Source of the DNA: a bacterium | Lineage (GTDB): Bacteria; UBA8248 | Direction: 5' to 3' | NCBI GenBank assembly: GCA_965219955.1 | Contig: OZ244799.1 | Coordinates: 2,944,001-3,008,000 of the forward strand | DNA length: 64,000 nt | Shown: in pieces, positions 30,735-41,159 of the stretch | How positions within the stretch are numbered: position 1 is the first letter of the stretch | Layout: each line of letters begins with the position of its first letter | Position numbers and translations under genes: made by a program | Notes under the pieces: generated by a model | Database searches by the model: none | Seen by the model: the letters and a program-made list of their open reading frames with translations, nothing else | What the model was told of the DNA's origin: nothing

Positions 30735-33700
30735 TTACGCCGCGGGGGCGGTGTATTTCGTCTCGCGAAGGCCCACGGCGCGCCTCAAGCTGCGGACGAA
30801 GTTCTGGGCCGCGAGATAGATGCACGGCACGAGGAAGAGCGTGAACAGCGTGGACAGCGAAAGCCCGCTCAACACGACCAGCCCCAAAGGCTTGAGCATC
30901 TCCGATCCCTTCCCCCAGCCGCTCGCCAGAGGGGTCAGCGCGATGATGGTGGTGAGCGTGGTCATGAGAATCGGGCGCAGCCTCGTCGACGCCCCCTCGA
31001 TGATGGCCTCTCGTATCTCCATCCCCCGTTCTCTCAGGCGTTCGACGTAGTCGATCATCACGATGGAGTTGTTCACCACGATGCCCACGAGCAGGATGAC
31101 GCCGATGAGCACCGTCGAGCCGAAGGGCGTGCCGGTGAGGTAGAGACCCACGAGCGCACCGGTGAGTGCCGGCGGCACGGCGAAGATGATGACCAGGGGG
31201 TTCACGAGCGAGTCGTACTGAACGGCCAGCACCGTGTAGACCAGGAAAATGGCGAGAAGCGCCAGGATGAAAAGCTCGCGGTTCGATTTCTTCAGGTTCT
31301 CCTCATCCTCGCCGGGCAGGATGAAATACCCCCTCGGCACGTTGACGTCTTTCAGGCGCGCACGCACGTCCGCCCCCACTTCGCCCAGAGAGCGGCCCTG
31401 GATGTCGCCCGTGATCTGGATGAGACGGTTCTGGTCCGTGCGGGGAATCACCGAACTGCCCTGCCCGTAGCGAATCTGCGCCACGTGGTGCAGGCGCGTG
31501 GAGCGTCCGTTCCGGTTCTGGGGAAACAGGGGCAGGTGCGCCAGATCCTGCTCGCTCTTGATCTCGGTGTCCGAGAACTTGACCCGCACCGGCACGCGCG
31601 TATCCACCCGGTTGATGAACGTGGCGATGGAGCCGTCGACAGCCGTGGCCACGGTGTCGCCCACGTCCTCGACGGAGAGGCCAAGCTCCGCCGCGCGCTC
31701 CCTGTTCACCTGTATGCGGAACTCGGGCCGGGGCCTGTCTTCGGTCATCTGTACGTTGTGCAGCCCTTCCACCCCCTGGAGCTTCTCGACGACTTCTTCC
31801 GCGATGCGGTTGAGCGTGGTCAGATCCTCTCCCCGGACGCCCAGGGAGAAACTCTTGTTATGCCGGGTGTTGGAAGTGCGAAGGCCGCGCACCCGGCTCT
31901 TGAAGGCGTAAATCCGAGCGTCCGGATACGTCATCCGCGCGAGCCGGGGCCTCAGTTTCCCCAGATAGTCGAACACGCTCACGCCGTCTTTGAGCGTCAC
32001 GTCGATTCTCCCCCGGGAGGCGGAGGGCGAGAAATTCCGTCCGAAAAGACGCCCCCCCGCCGTGGCGAACACCTTGTCGACGGCAGGGTCGCGCACGAGC
32101 ATGTCGTGGATCTCGCGCGTCACCTGTTTGGTGTATTCGAGGGTGCCGCCCGGTGAGAAGCGGATGTCGACCGAGATGCGCCCATCGTCCACCTGGGGCA
32201 GGAGTTCGTTGCCCAGCTTGCCGATGAGCGTGTAGCTGCTCGCGCAGACGGCGAGGGCGAGGATGATGACCACCCAGCGGAGGGTGAGAACCGGCCTCAA
32301 GAGAAAACGGTAGAGCCGGTTGGCGAGGCCGACGAACCAGATGAAAAGGCGGAAGAGCGGAAAACGGTTGAAGCCGCTTCTCATCGGAATTTGCAGGAGC
32401 CGGGCGGAGAGCATGGCCACGACGGTGAGGCCGACCGCGAGGCTGCATATGAACGCCAGCGTGATGGTGAGTATCAACTCGCGGAACAGGAGCGCCACGT
32501 AGCCCGATACCAACAGAAACGGCATCACGGCGGCCACGTTCGTGAGCGTGGAGGCCACCATGGCGCTCTCCACCTCGGAGGAGCCGCGCTCCGCCGCCTC
32601 CACGGGATCGTCCCCTTCCGCCTGATGGCGCGAAATGTTCTCGAGCATGACGATGGCGTTGTCCACGAGCATACCCACGCCGAGCGCCACGCCGCCCAGG
32701 CTGAATATGTTGAAGGTGAAGCCGAGCACCCACATGAGGAAAAACGTGAAGACAGAAGCGATCGGAATCGCCAGGCCGATGATGAGCGTACGCCTGAGGC
32801 TCCCCAGGAAACAGAGCACCACCAGTATCGCCAGCGTGCCGCCCACCAGGGCGGAGGAGAGGACGTTCCTGATCGAGGCGCGTATGAAGAAACTCTGATC
32901 CGAAATCGGAACGAGGGTGACGTCGGGCGGCACGATGCCGTAGCGCGTCAGGAAGGCGAGCCTGTCGCGCAGACCGTCCACGACGGAGACCGTGTTCGCG
33001 TCCGGCTGCTTCAGAGCCACCACCTTGACGCTCTCGTCGCCGTTCAGCCACACGAAGATGCGCCGCTCCTTGCCGGCGTCCTGAACCTTTGCGAAATCGC
33101 GCAGATAGACCCGGCGGCCGTCCTTCGTGGGGAAGATCAGGCGCGAAAGCTCCCCCGCGCTCTTGAGCTTGCCCGCCGTCCGGCTCGAATACTCCCGGTG
33201 GGGGGTCTTCACCCGTCCGGCGGCCAGGTCCATGTTCTCGGCGCGCATCCTTCTCAAGACGGCGGGCAGGTCGAGCCCCAGGCCCTGCATCCTCGGCAGG
33301 TCGACCAGGACCTGCACCTCCTCGTCCTGGCCGCCGAACGCCTCCACCGACGCGATGCCGGGGACGGTCATGAGCTGGGGAATGAGCACCTTCCGCGCCC
33401 AGGTCTGAAGCTGCGGCCCTTTGAGGGTTTTGGAGGACAGCGCGTATTCGATGATGGGCACCTGCGCCGGGTCGGACTTGAATATTCGCGTGTTCTGCAG
33501 CTGATCCTGTATCTCCTGCGGCAGGTTTCTTCTGGCGACGTTGAACTTGGTGATGGCGTCCTGGAGCGCGAGATCGATGTCGCGGTCGAAGTCGAAGAAC
33601 ATCCACAGGCGCGCGGCGCCCTCGCGGCTGATCGAGAAGATGCGCACCACCCCCTGCGTGGTCGCGAGTTCGCGCTCCACCACCTTGGTGACCTGCTCCT

Positions 33701-33875
33701 CGACCACCTTGGGGTCGGCCCCCTCGAAATCGATGCCGATGAAAATCCGGGGATAGACGATTCTGGGCAGAAAATCGACAGGCAGCCGCGTGAGCGCGAA
33801 AAAGCCGAGCACCAGGGCGCACACGACGCCCATGATGGTTCCCACGGGCCTTCGAATGCAGCTTCGGCTCAGCAT
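30735..33875 (-). CDS. RND efflux permease subunit
   Basis: 1046 aa; GMLVDNAIVMLENI, GIVVNNSIVM, RLRPILMTT. Confidence 0.94.
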   Translation of the reverse strand: MLSRSCIRRPVGTIMGVVCALVLGFFALTRLPVDFLPRIVYPRIFIGIDFEGADPKVVEEQVTKVVERELATTQGVVRIFSISREGAARLWMFFDFDRDIDLALQDAITKFNVARRNLPQEIQDQLQNTRIFKSDPAQVPIIEYALSSKTLKGPQLQTWARKVLIPQLMTVPGIASVEAFGGQDEEVQVLVDLPRMQGLGLDLPAVLRRMRAENMDLAAGRVKTPHREYSSRTAGKLKSAGELSRLIFPTKDGRRVYLRDFAKVQDAGKERRIFVWLNGDESVKVVALKQPDANTVSVVDGLRDRLAFLTRYGIVPPDVTLVPISDQSFFIRASIRNVLSSALVGGTLAILVVLCFLGSLRRTLIIGLAIPIASVFTFFLMWVLGFTFNIFSLGGVALGVGMLVDNAIVMLENISRHQAEGDDPVEAAERGSSEVESAMVASTLTNVAAVMPFLLVSGYVALLFRELILTITLAFICSLAVGLTVVAMLSARLLQIPMRSGFNRFPLFRLFIWFVGLANRLYRFLLRPVLTLRWVVIILALAVCASSYTLIGKLGNELLPQVDDGRISVDIRFSPGGTLEYTKQVTREIHDMLVRDPAVDKVFATAGGRLFGRNFSPSASRGRIDVTLKDGVSVFDYLGKLRPRLARMTYPDARIYAFKSRVRGLRTSNTRHNKSFSLGVRGEDLTTLNRIAEEVVEKLQGVEGLHNVQMTEDRPRPEFRIQVNRERAAELGLSVEDVGDTVATAVDGSIATFINRVDTRVPVRVKFSDTEIKSEQDLAHLPLFPQNRNGRSTRLHHVAQIRYGQGSSVIPRTDQNRLIQITGDIQGRSLGEVGADVRARLKDVNVPRGYFILPGEDEENLKKSNRELFILALLAIFLVYTVLAVQYDSLVNPLVIIFAVPPALTGALVGLYLTGTPFGSTVLIGVILLVGIVVNNSIVMIDYVERLRERGMEIREAIIEGASTRLRPILMTTLTTIIALTPLASGWGKGSEMLKPLGLVVLSGLSLSTLFTLFLVPCIYLAAQNFVRSLRRAVGLRETKYTAPAA

Positions 33876-33888
33876 GAGGCCGTCCTCC

Positions 33889-35352
33889 TCAGGGCCGCGC
33901 GACCCGGATGGGACGCCTGTCCCGCAACTGGGTCGTGGCGCTCACAACCACCCGCTCGCCCACGCGCAGGCCACCCAAGATCTCGATGCGGCCGTCGATC
34001 ATCTCGCCGAGGCGCACCTCGCGGCGCACCGCCATGAAGCGCGGGCCGCGTCCTCCACGAGAGCCGCGCCCCGCGCCCCGCGCGTTCGCTTCGGCCACAC
34101 CCCCGCGCGAGCCGCCTCTCATGCCGGGGCCGCCTCGTCCGGAGCCGCCCATCCCCGCTCCCCTCTGGAACCTTCTCACGACGAAGACCGCACCCGTCTT
34201 CGTGCGCAAATCCCCGTCCCAGATCACGGCGTGAACCGGCAGGTTGATCGCGCGCCTGCCCAGCAGCGGGTCGAACTTCACGCGGGCGAGAAGGCCGGGC
34301 CTCAGGGAAGAATCCAGATTTTGGACGTCCACCTCCACGATGAGCTGGCGCGAACTGGGGTCCACGCTCGGGAAGATCCGCGTCAGCTTCCCCGAGAACG
34401 TGCGCCCCCGGTAGGCGTCGAGTTCCACCCGCGCGCCCTGGCCTCTTTTGATGAGCGGCAGATCCAGCTCGCTCACGCGCACCCGGGCGCGCAGCGTGTC
34501 CGTCTGGGCGATGGTGAACAGATGCGCCCGGTTCACCGCCAGGTCACCGGGTTCGACTCTTCTCTCGGTGACGACGCCGGGTATCGGCGCGCGTACGGTG
34601 AAGTATTCAAGCTCCACCTTGAGCCGCCTCACGCGCTGCAGACGCTGGCTCACCTGCGCTCTCGCCATCGCCAGATCCTCGGCGCGCGCGCCGATTTTCA
34701 CCAGCTTAAGCCTCTCCTGTGCGGCGCGTACGCGGGCGGCGTCTTCGGCGAGGCGGGCCCTCCGCTCGGCCACGTTCGCGCGCGCGCGATTCGCCTCCGT
34801 CGTCACCTTGCGCCACTCCTGCGCGCTGATGACGCCTGTTTTGTGCAAAGCGCCCAGTGAGAGCGCGTTGGCCTCCGCTTCTTCCTGTATGGCGAGGGCG
34901 GAGGTGATTTCCGCCTCGCTTCGCTTGCGCGTCGCCTCCGCCTGGGTGACCGCGGCTGCGGCAGCCGCGATTTCCTCGGGGCGGCTCCCGGCTTTCAGCT
35001 TTTCGAGGTTCGCCCGCGCGGCGGCGAGTTCGCTTTCGGCCAGCTTCAGGTCGATCCGTTTGATGGTGGAATCAAGTCGCGAAAGTATCTGCCCCTTCTC
35101 CACGCGCACCCCCTCCCGAGCCAGGACTTCCTGCGCCTGACCCTCGACGCGGGACATGAGCCGCACCTCGCTTCTGGCCAGAAGTGTCCCCGTGGCCGCC
35201 ACGCGCCTGCCCAGACGGCCCACCGAGACTTCCTGCACCTGAACCGTGACGATGCGGTTTCTACGCCCCCTGGGACGTCCCGCGTAGGCGCAGGTGAACT
35301 CACCCGCAGCGAAGAACACCATGATGAGCACAGCGGCTGTTCTTGCAACCAT
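33889..35352 (-). CDS. RND efflux periplasmic adaptor (MFP)
   Basis: VRAPIPGVVTER, long coiled coil, LRPGLLARV, GLRVGERVV; Gly/Arg-rich insert near the C-terminus. Confidence 0.88.
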   Translation of the reverse strand: MVARTAAVLIMVFFAAGEFTCAYAGRPRGRRNRIVTVQVQEVSVGRLGRRVAATGTLLARSEVRLMSRVEGQAQEVLAREGVRVEKGQILSRLDSTIKRIDLKLAESELAAARANLEKLKAGSRPEEIAAAAAAVTQAEATRKRSEAEITSALAIQEEAEANALSLGALHKTGVISAQEWRKVTTEANRARANVAERRARLAEDAARVRAAQERLKLVKIGARAEDLAMARAQVSQRLQRVRRLKVELEYFTVRAPIPGVVTERRVEPGDLAVNRAHLFTIAQTDTLRARVRVSELDLPLIKRGQGARVELDAYRGRTFSGKLTRIFPSVDPSSRQLIVEVDVQNLDSSLRPGLLARVKFDPLLGRRAINLPVHAVIWDGDLRTKTGAVFVVRRFQRGAGMGGSGRGGPGMRGGSRGGVAEANARGAGRGSRGGRGPRFMAVRREVRLGEMIDGRIEILGGLRVGERVVVSATTQLRDRRPIRVARP

Positions 35353-35524
35353 CTTCTCGCGGCTCCCGAAAGAGAACTCCGGCGACGAACCATTCACCCG
35401 ACGGATTTTAATACGCGACGCAAACGATCTTATCACAAACCACGGGTGTTCTCTTTTGGACGCGACCGGGTTCCTGGGGGGAGCAAGTCAAGTGGCTGGG
35501 TCCGATGTAAAAAACCGCTGCTCC

Positions 35525-36721
35525 TCAAAAAGACGACAGCCATTCATCTCCGGGCATGATTCGCCGCATGAATTCATCGAACATGGGCACGGTGAAAGCC
35601 GTATCGCCGTGACTCGGACTCCAGACCACCCCTTTGTTAATTAACTGGCTGCGGATGGGCGCCAGAGAGGTTACCCGGCGGTTCATTTCCCTGGCGACCT
35701 CCCCCGAACGATGAGGTCCCTTGCCGAGTTCGGCCATCGCCCGGAGATACTTTTTCTCCATCGGGGCCAGCCTGTCGAATCTGACCAAAAAGAAACTCTG
35801 ATCAAGATCTGCGACGATCTGCCGGGTGGCGATTCCAACATCATAAACCGTGATGGGAGAACACTCGGCGACATCCCATACGTGCTTGCCCCACACCTGA
35901 AGAAAATAGGGATAACACCGAGTCTTGGAGACGATCTCATCAAGAGCGCGAGGCTCTATCTCCACGCCCTCGTCTCTGGCGGGTTTGTCGAGCGCGAGCC
36001 TGGCATCTTCCGGCGACAATGGCCCTATTTCGGAAAAACCAAAAAGTCTTTCGGCGTAGGATTTCGCTTTGCCCATACGGCCTCGCACCTGAGGCAGACC
36101 TGCTCCCAACATGACAACGGGAAGCTGCCGCTGGGAAATCCGATGCAAGGCAATGATCAAGGCTTCCAGTTGCTCTTCCGGCACGTACTGGAGTTCATCG
36201 AAGAAAAACGCCACGCAGGTCGCATCCGCCTGGGCGGCAGCGCCGATGGCCTCGAACAATTCCTGCAAGTCGCTTTCGAGGTTTCCATTGTCCGCCAGCC
36301 CGGGCTCGGGGCTGACGTCCAAACCCACTTCTACATCCCGATAGGTGACTTTCAGGGCCTTCACGAATCCCGCGAGCCCTCTCAAGGCCCTTTGCGCCAG
36401 TTCTTTCGCCGCACGCCTACGCGAGAGTCTCAACAAAACCGTATGTAGTCGAGGCGCCAAAATAGAGGGCAACGATTGGCTTTCGGACGCTTCTATTGGC
36501 AAAACATAGATGCCGCTCGCCTCGGCTTCTTCACGGATATGGTTAAGCAACACCGTTTTGCCGACCCCACGCAATCCGACCATCATAACGCTTTGGGTCG
36601 GTCGCCCTATTCTGGTCCGCTCCAATGCGATTCGCGCGGATTCGCGAACCGCATGCCGACCAGCCAACTCTGGAGGCTGAGTGCCTGCTCCGGGAGCATA
36701 TGGGTTTCGTATCGGATCCAT
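35525..36721 (-). CDS. AAA+ ATPase with probable C-terminal winged helix
   Basis: MDPIRNPYAPGAG..PPELAGR, Walker A GLRGVGKT, Walker B FFFDELQ, YPYFLQ, C-terminal RSQLINKGVVW. Confidence 0.88.
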   Translation of the reverse strand: MDPIRNPYAPGAGTQPPELAGRHAVRESARIALERTRIGRPTQSVMMVGLRGVGKTVLLNHIREEAEASGIYVLPIEASESQSLPSILAPRLHTVLLRLSRRRAAKELAQRALRGLAGFVKALKVTYRDVEVGLDVSPEPGLADNGNLESDLQELFEAIGAAAQADATCVAFFFDELQYVPEEQLEALIIALHRISQRQLPVVMLGAGLPQVRGRMGKAKSYAERLFGFSEIGPLSPEDARLALDKPARDEGVEIEPRALDEIVSKTRCYPYFLQVWGKHVWDVAECSPITVYDVGIATRQIVADLDQSFFLVRFDRLAPMEKKYLRAMAELGKGPHRSGEVAREMNRRVTSLAPIRSQLINKGVVWSPSHGDTAFTVPMFDEFMRRIMPGDEWLSSF

Positions 36722-36729
36722 AATTTTAT

Positions 36730-37104
36730 GAGTTTATATTAAAATTAGGGTCTTTACAATTTTCTTATAAAATAGCTAATTTCACTATAAACCAAGGAGC
36801 CTTTTTCTCAAAGTATCAATGATCCTGGCGCAGAGATAACCCGGCCCGTCTGCACCCGTATGGGTTATGCACCGGGTCATCAGAAAGAGTTTATGGCAAG
36901 GTTAGGAAATTTATATTTTTCTTATAATATGACTAATTTCACTATAATCACAAAATGCCGCTGCCAAGGTCGTACCCCTAGAAGGTTCTCCCCCGCTCCA
37001 ATCCACTTCATGCGGATACGAGTTGGTATGAGGTTCATCGGAGGAGTTTATCGGTAAATTAGAGAGTTTATTGTTTTTTTATAATATAGCTAACTTCACT
37101 ATAA
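36730..37104. repeat. three AT-rich ~61-bp direct repeats with an exact 157-bp period
   Basis: GAGTTTAT...CTAA(T/C)TTCACTATAA at 36730-36790, 36887-36947 and 37044-37104. Confidence 0.88.
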
Positions 37105-37168
37105 TCGGGAAATTTCAGCCAAACCAACCATTCATCCTGTATAGATGCGCGAAGATAAGGGCGAAGCC

Positions 37169-38038
37169 TCACCGCAAGGTTCGGAACCACGCGGCGATTG
37201 CCTGGCCGATCTCATCCGGAGAGTCCTCCTGGATAAAATGGATACCCGGTACGGTGACTTCGGTCTGGTTCGGCCAGGTGCGGCAGAATTCGCGCTGCTC
37301 GCCTACGAGGATGGCGCCGGGCTCGGCGTTGACGAACAGCTTGGGAACGGGAGACTCGCGAAGCCAGGCGGCGTAATTGCCGACAATTCCGGTTACATCC
37401 GCAGGCTCGCCCTCGACGGGTATCTCGCGCGGCCAGGTGAGGGTCGGGCGGCGGCCTTCCCCGGGTTCTGAGAACGGGCGCCGGTACTCGGCCATCTCCT
37501 GCTCGCTGAGCTCGCGCTTTATCGATCCGGGCAGCACGCGCTCGACGAACACGTTCTTCTCGAGAATCATCGACTCCCCGCTCTCCGAGCGGAACCCCTG
37601 AAAGACCCGCCGCGACGCTTCGGGCCATTGCGCCCAGGTGAGCGGCTGTACGATGGCCTCCATATAGGCCAGCCCACGGACGGCGTCCCGGTGCCGGTTG
37701 GCCCAGTCGAATCCGAGCGCCGAGCCCCAGTCGTGGGTGACGAGCGTGACGCGCTCCGTGACGCCTAAAGCCTCCAGAAGCGCGTCGAGATAGCGGCGGT
37801 GCTCAATGAAGCGGTAACTGCCTGGGCCGCTGCCTTCGAGCTTGTCGGAATCACCCATGCCGATCAGGTCGGGCGCGATGCACCGGCCCAGCGGAGCGAG
37901 GTGAGGGATAACCCCGCGCCAAAGGTAAGAGGAGGTCGGGTTGCCGTGCAGAAAAACGACCGGCTCACCCTCGCCGGTCTCGACGCAGGCCATCTTGCGG
38001 CCGAGCACTTCCATGTGTTTCTTCTCAGTCCACGGCAA
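37169..38038 (-). CDS. haloalkane dehalogenase (DhaA/LinB-like)
   Basis: [27 protein letters not shown] nucleophile motif, [14 protein letters not shown]. Confidence 0.92.
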   Translation of the reverse strand: MPWTEKKHMEVLGRKMACVETGEGEPVVFLHGNPTSSYLWRGVIPHLAPLGRCIAPDLIGMGDSDKLEGSGPGSYRFIEHRRYLDALLEALGVTERVTLVTHDWGSALGFDWANRHRDAVRGLAYMEAIVQPLTWAQWPEASRRVFQGFRSESGESMILEKNVFVERVLPGSIKRELSEQEMAEYRRPFSEPGEGRRPTLTWPREIPVEGEPADVTGIVGNYAAWLRESPVPKLFVNAEPGAILVGEQREFCRTWPNQTEVTVPGIHFIQEDSPDEIGQAIAAWFRTLR

Positions 38039-38166
38039 AGCTGACCTCCCTGTTTCTTTCTCTGCGGGTCATCTTCAGGCTAGCGAGCAACGCGCAGGCG
38101 CACGCCGCAAGAGCCGTCTTCTGTTGCAAGCGACTGAGAGGTTGGGTACCGAGGAATGCCGGAAGA

Positions 38167-39150
38167 CTAGCCGCCGATGGAGCTCATGGTGCGCTCGGGC
38201 TGGACGAACTCCTCCTGGCCGATGAGGTGGCCCGGCGTCTTGGTGAGCACCACCTCGGCGAGCCAGGCCTTTATCTCATCGTCCGGCGCACCGCCCCTGA
38301 GCAGCCTCTTGACGTCGTGCTCGACCGTGGAGAACAGGCAGGTCCGCACCATGCCGTCCGCCGTCAGGCGGATGCGGTTGCAGTCCTGACAGAAAGGCCG
38401 CGTGACCGAGGCGATGACGCCCACCTCGCCCTTTCCATCCTTGTAGCGGTATCGCGTCGCGGGGTCGGAGGGATGGCCGCTCACGAGTTCTAGTTCACCT
38501 TCCACCGACAGGCCCTCCAGAATCTCCTCCGCCGTCAAGACCTTCTCGTGCGCCCATGTGCGGTCCGCATCGAGCGGCATGTATTCGATGAAGCGCACGA
38601 CGTGGCCCGTCTCGCGCGACCACCTGGCGAAGCGCGGCAATTCCTCCTCGCTCAGCCCCTTAACCGCCACCGCGTTGATCTTGATAGGCGAGAAGCCCGC
38701 TTCCGCCGCCGCCTCGATGCCCTCCATCACCTGGCCGAACACGTCGCGGCGCGTCATGAAGAGGAATTTGCCCGCGTCCATCGAATCCAAGCTGATGTTC
38801 ACGCGCCTCAGGCCCGCCGCGTAGAGGTCTTTCGCCATCTTTGGGAGAAAGACGCCATTGGTCGTCAGGGCCAGGTCCATCTCGGGCTGGGCCGCCACCA
38901 TCTGCTCGACGAGGTGGTGGAGATCCTTTCGAAGCAGCGGCTCGCCTCCGGTCAGGTGATAGCCCGTGAAGCCCAACTCGGTGGTGATGCGCACGACGCG
39001 GGTGATCTCCTCGTAGTTGAGAACCTCCTCGTGCGGCAGCCACGTCATGCCCTCTTCGGGCATGCAATAGAAACACCGGAAGTTGCACCGGTCCGTCACC
39101 GAGATTCTCAAGTCATCATGCGCGCGCCCGTAGCGGTCGAATAACGCCAT
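38167..39150 (-). CDS. moaA: GTP 3',8-cyclase MoaA
   Basis: CNFRCFYC radical SAM motif, FCQDCNRIR..CLF, C-terminal IGG. Confidence 0.96.
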   Translation of the reverse strand: MALFDRYGRAHDDLRISVTDRCNFRCFYCMPEEGMTWLPHEEVLNYEEITRVVRITTELGFTGYHLTGGEPLLRKDLHHLVEQMVAAQPEMDLALTTNGVFLPKMAKDLYAAGLRRVNISLDSMDAGKFLFMTRRDVFGQVMEGIEAAAEAGFSPIKINAVAVKGLSEEELPRFARWSRETGHVVRFIEYMPLDADRTWAHEKVLTAEEILEGLSVEGELELVSGHPSDPATRYRYKDGKGEVGVIASVTRPFCQDCNRIRLTADGMVRTCLFSTVEHDVKRLLRGGAPDDEIKAWLAEVVLTKTPGHLIGQEEFVQPERTMSSIGG

Positions 39151-39154
39151 TTTC

Positions 39155-41116
39155 TTAGCCTTCCTTTGGGGGTGCGGCCATCACCTGGCCGGTCAACGCC
39201 GTATTATACCCCCCTAAAGCCTCCACGGCATCCCGAAAAGCCTTATCGTTCAAAATGTCCATCACCTTGCTTATCGCCGGCGTCTCCCAGTGTTCTTCAG
39301 GCACGATGAAATCGAACCGTTCGCGCTCCAGCGGGATGAAATCGAGGTTCAGCACGTGCGCGGCGGCGAAAATCCCCAGGCCGCAGTCCGCGCGTCCGGC
39401 CGCCACCGCCATGGCCACCGCCATGTGGGTGGTCTCCACCCGCTCATAGCCCCGGACGTCGCCGGGCGAAAGGCCCTCGCGCGCCATGAGGTGATCGAGC
39501 AGCACCCGCGTGCCCGCCCCGCTCTGGCGGTTGACGATGGCGACATCCCCACGGCCCAGGTCGGCTACCCCTGTGATCTCCCTGGGGTTCCCCTTTGGCG
39601 TCAGAATCCCCTGTTCTCTTTGCACGAAATTCACCACCACGACCTCGCGTCCCTTGAGATAGCGCTCGATGTAGTACCAGTTGTACTCCCCGGTTTCCGG
39701 ATCCAGCAGGTGGCTGCCCGCGATGTGCGCCTCCCCGTCGCGAACGGCGATGAGGCCCGCCAGCGAACCCACCGCCGAGGCGGAAAGACGCGTATCGTGG
39801 TGGCGCGCCCTCAACTCGTCCGCCAGCAGGTCGAGCGCGTTGTCGTGGCTGCCGGCCATGAGCAGGTTGCCCCGGATATCGGTGAGCGGCCTCAAAAGCT
39901 CGACCGTGACCTCCTCGCCCGTCTCGATTCCCTCCGAACGGGCGGGCACGCGCACCACGCCGTCCGCCTCAACGAGCGAGCTGATGACGCTGGCCCCGCG
40001 CTTGGCGGGCAGACAGACCATCCGCTCGCCCACCCGGCCGAGCTTCACGCGCAAGAATTCCTCCATCCCGAGCCGCGAGGCGCTCTTTCTGCTCATGAAG
40101 GCCTTGATGCGCTCCTCCTCTCCGGGGGCCGCGCCCGCCATGTGCGCCATGAGCGGCCGCACGAACTCCTGAAGCGCCAGCACCGCCGAGACCGGATAGC
40201 CCGGGATCCCGAGCACGGGCTTGCGCGCGCCCGATTCCGACGCGCAAACGCTCAGTATGGTGGGCTTGCCGGGGAAGATGGCCACGCCGTGCACGAGAAG
40301 TTCTCCCAGCTTCTCCACGACGGCGGCCGTGTGATCCTCACGCCCTGCGGATGAACCCGCGTTCACCAGAACGACGTCGGCACTCTCCAGCGCATCCCGA
40401 ACTGCAGCCTCGATGGCCTCGAACCTGTCTTCCAGAATCGGACCCGGCAGCGCCTCTCCCCCCCACTCGGTGATGAAGGCCGACATGACGCTCGAATTGA
40501 ACTCGACCAGATCGCCGGGCTTCAGGTCGGCGCCCGCTTCCACGAGTTCGTCTCCGGTGGGGATGATGGCGACCCGCGGCCGCCGACGCACCCACACCCT
40601 CGTGACCCCCGCCGCGAGCAGCGCGCCCAGATCGTAGGGCCTCAAAACGTGCCCCGCCGTGAGAATGAGCTGGCCCTCGACGACGTCTTCTCCCGCCACG
40701 CGCACGTTCTGCCAGGGCGAGAGCGCCGCCTCGACCCGGATGGCGCCGGGGGTCGCCTCGTGCACGTGCTCGATCATGACGACGCAGTCCTTCCCCTCGG
40801 GCATCGGGTCACCCGTGTCGAGGGGATGGGCTTCCTCGCCCAGCAGGAACTCCCTGGGACTCACGGGCGTGGCGCCCGAGGTTTCCACTGAGGCGAGGGC
40901 GTAGCCGTCCATGGCGGCGGCGTGAAAATGAGGACTGGAAACCTGCGCGTAGGCCGCGCGCGAGGTTACGCGCCCATATGCCTCCGCCGTAGCGATTTCT
41001 TCTTCACCCAGGCGGAAGTCGCCCACCTTCTCCAGAAGACGCGATAGCGCCTCTTCGCGCGGGATGTTTTCAAGATAAATTTTCCGGCCCCCCTGGGCCA
41101 GGGGCAAATCATTCAT
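39155..41116 (-). CDS. moeA: MoeA fused to a PBP/LysR-type substrate-binding domain
   Basis: AMDGYA, IPTGDEL, GSSAGREDHT; C-terminal GSHD, NRQSGAGTR. Confidence 0.9.
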   Translation of the reverse strand: MNDLPLAQGGRKIYLENIPREEALSRLLEKVGDFRLGEEEIATAEAYGRVTSRAAYAQVSSPHFHAAAMDGYALASVETSGATPVSPREFLLGEEAHPLDTGDPMPEGKDCVVMIEHVHEATPGAIRVEAALSPWQNVRVAGEDVVEGQLILTAGHVLRPYDLGALLAAGVTRVWVRRRPRVAIIPTGDELVEAGADLKPGDLVEFNSSVMSAFITEWGGEALPGPILEDRFEAIEAAVRDALESADVVLVNAGSSAGREDHTAAVVEKLGELLVHGVAIFPGKPTILSVCASESGARKPVLGIPGYPVSAVLALQEFVRPLMAHMAGAAPGEEERIKAFMSRKSASRLGMEEFLRVKLGRVGERMVCLPAKRGASVISSLVEADGVVRVPARSEGIETGEEVTVELLRPLTDIRGNLLMAGSHDNALDLLADELRARHHDTRLSASAVGSLAGLIAVRDGEAHIAGSHLLDPETGEYNWYYIERYLKGREVVVVNFVQREQGILTPKGNPREITGVADLGRGDVAIVNRQSGAGTRVLLDHLMAREGLSPGDVRGYERVETTHMAVAMAVAAGRADCGLGIFAAAHVLNLDFIPLERERFDFIVPEEHWETPAISKVMDILNDKAFRDAVEALGGYNTALTGQVMAAPPKEG

Positions 41117-41159
41117 TCGCTATACCTGTTTCGATGAGAAAAACCGCTTCGAGGCGCGC

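Noticed and set aside
36730-37104. CRISPR array
   Set aside because: Repeats are ~61 bp and degenerate, spacers ~96 bp with gene-start remnants, and no cas genes are present
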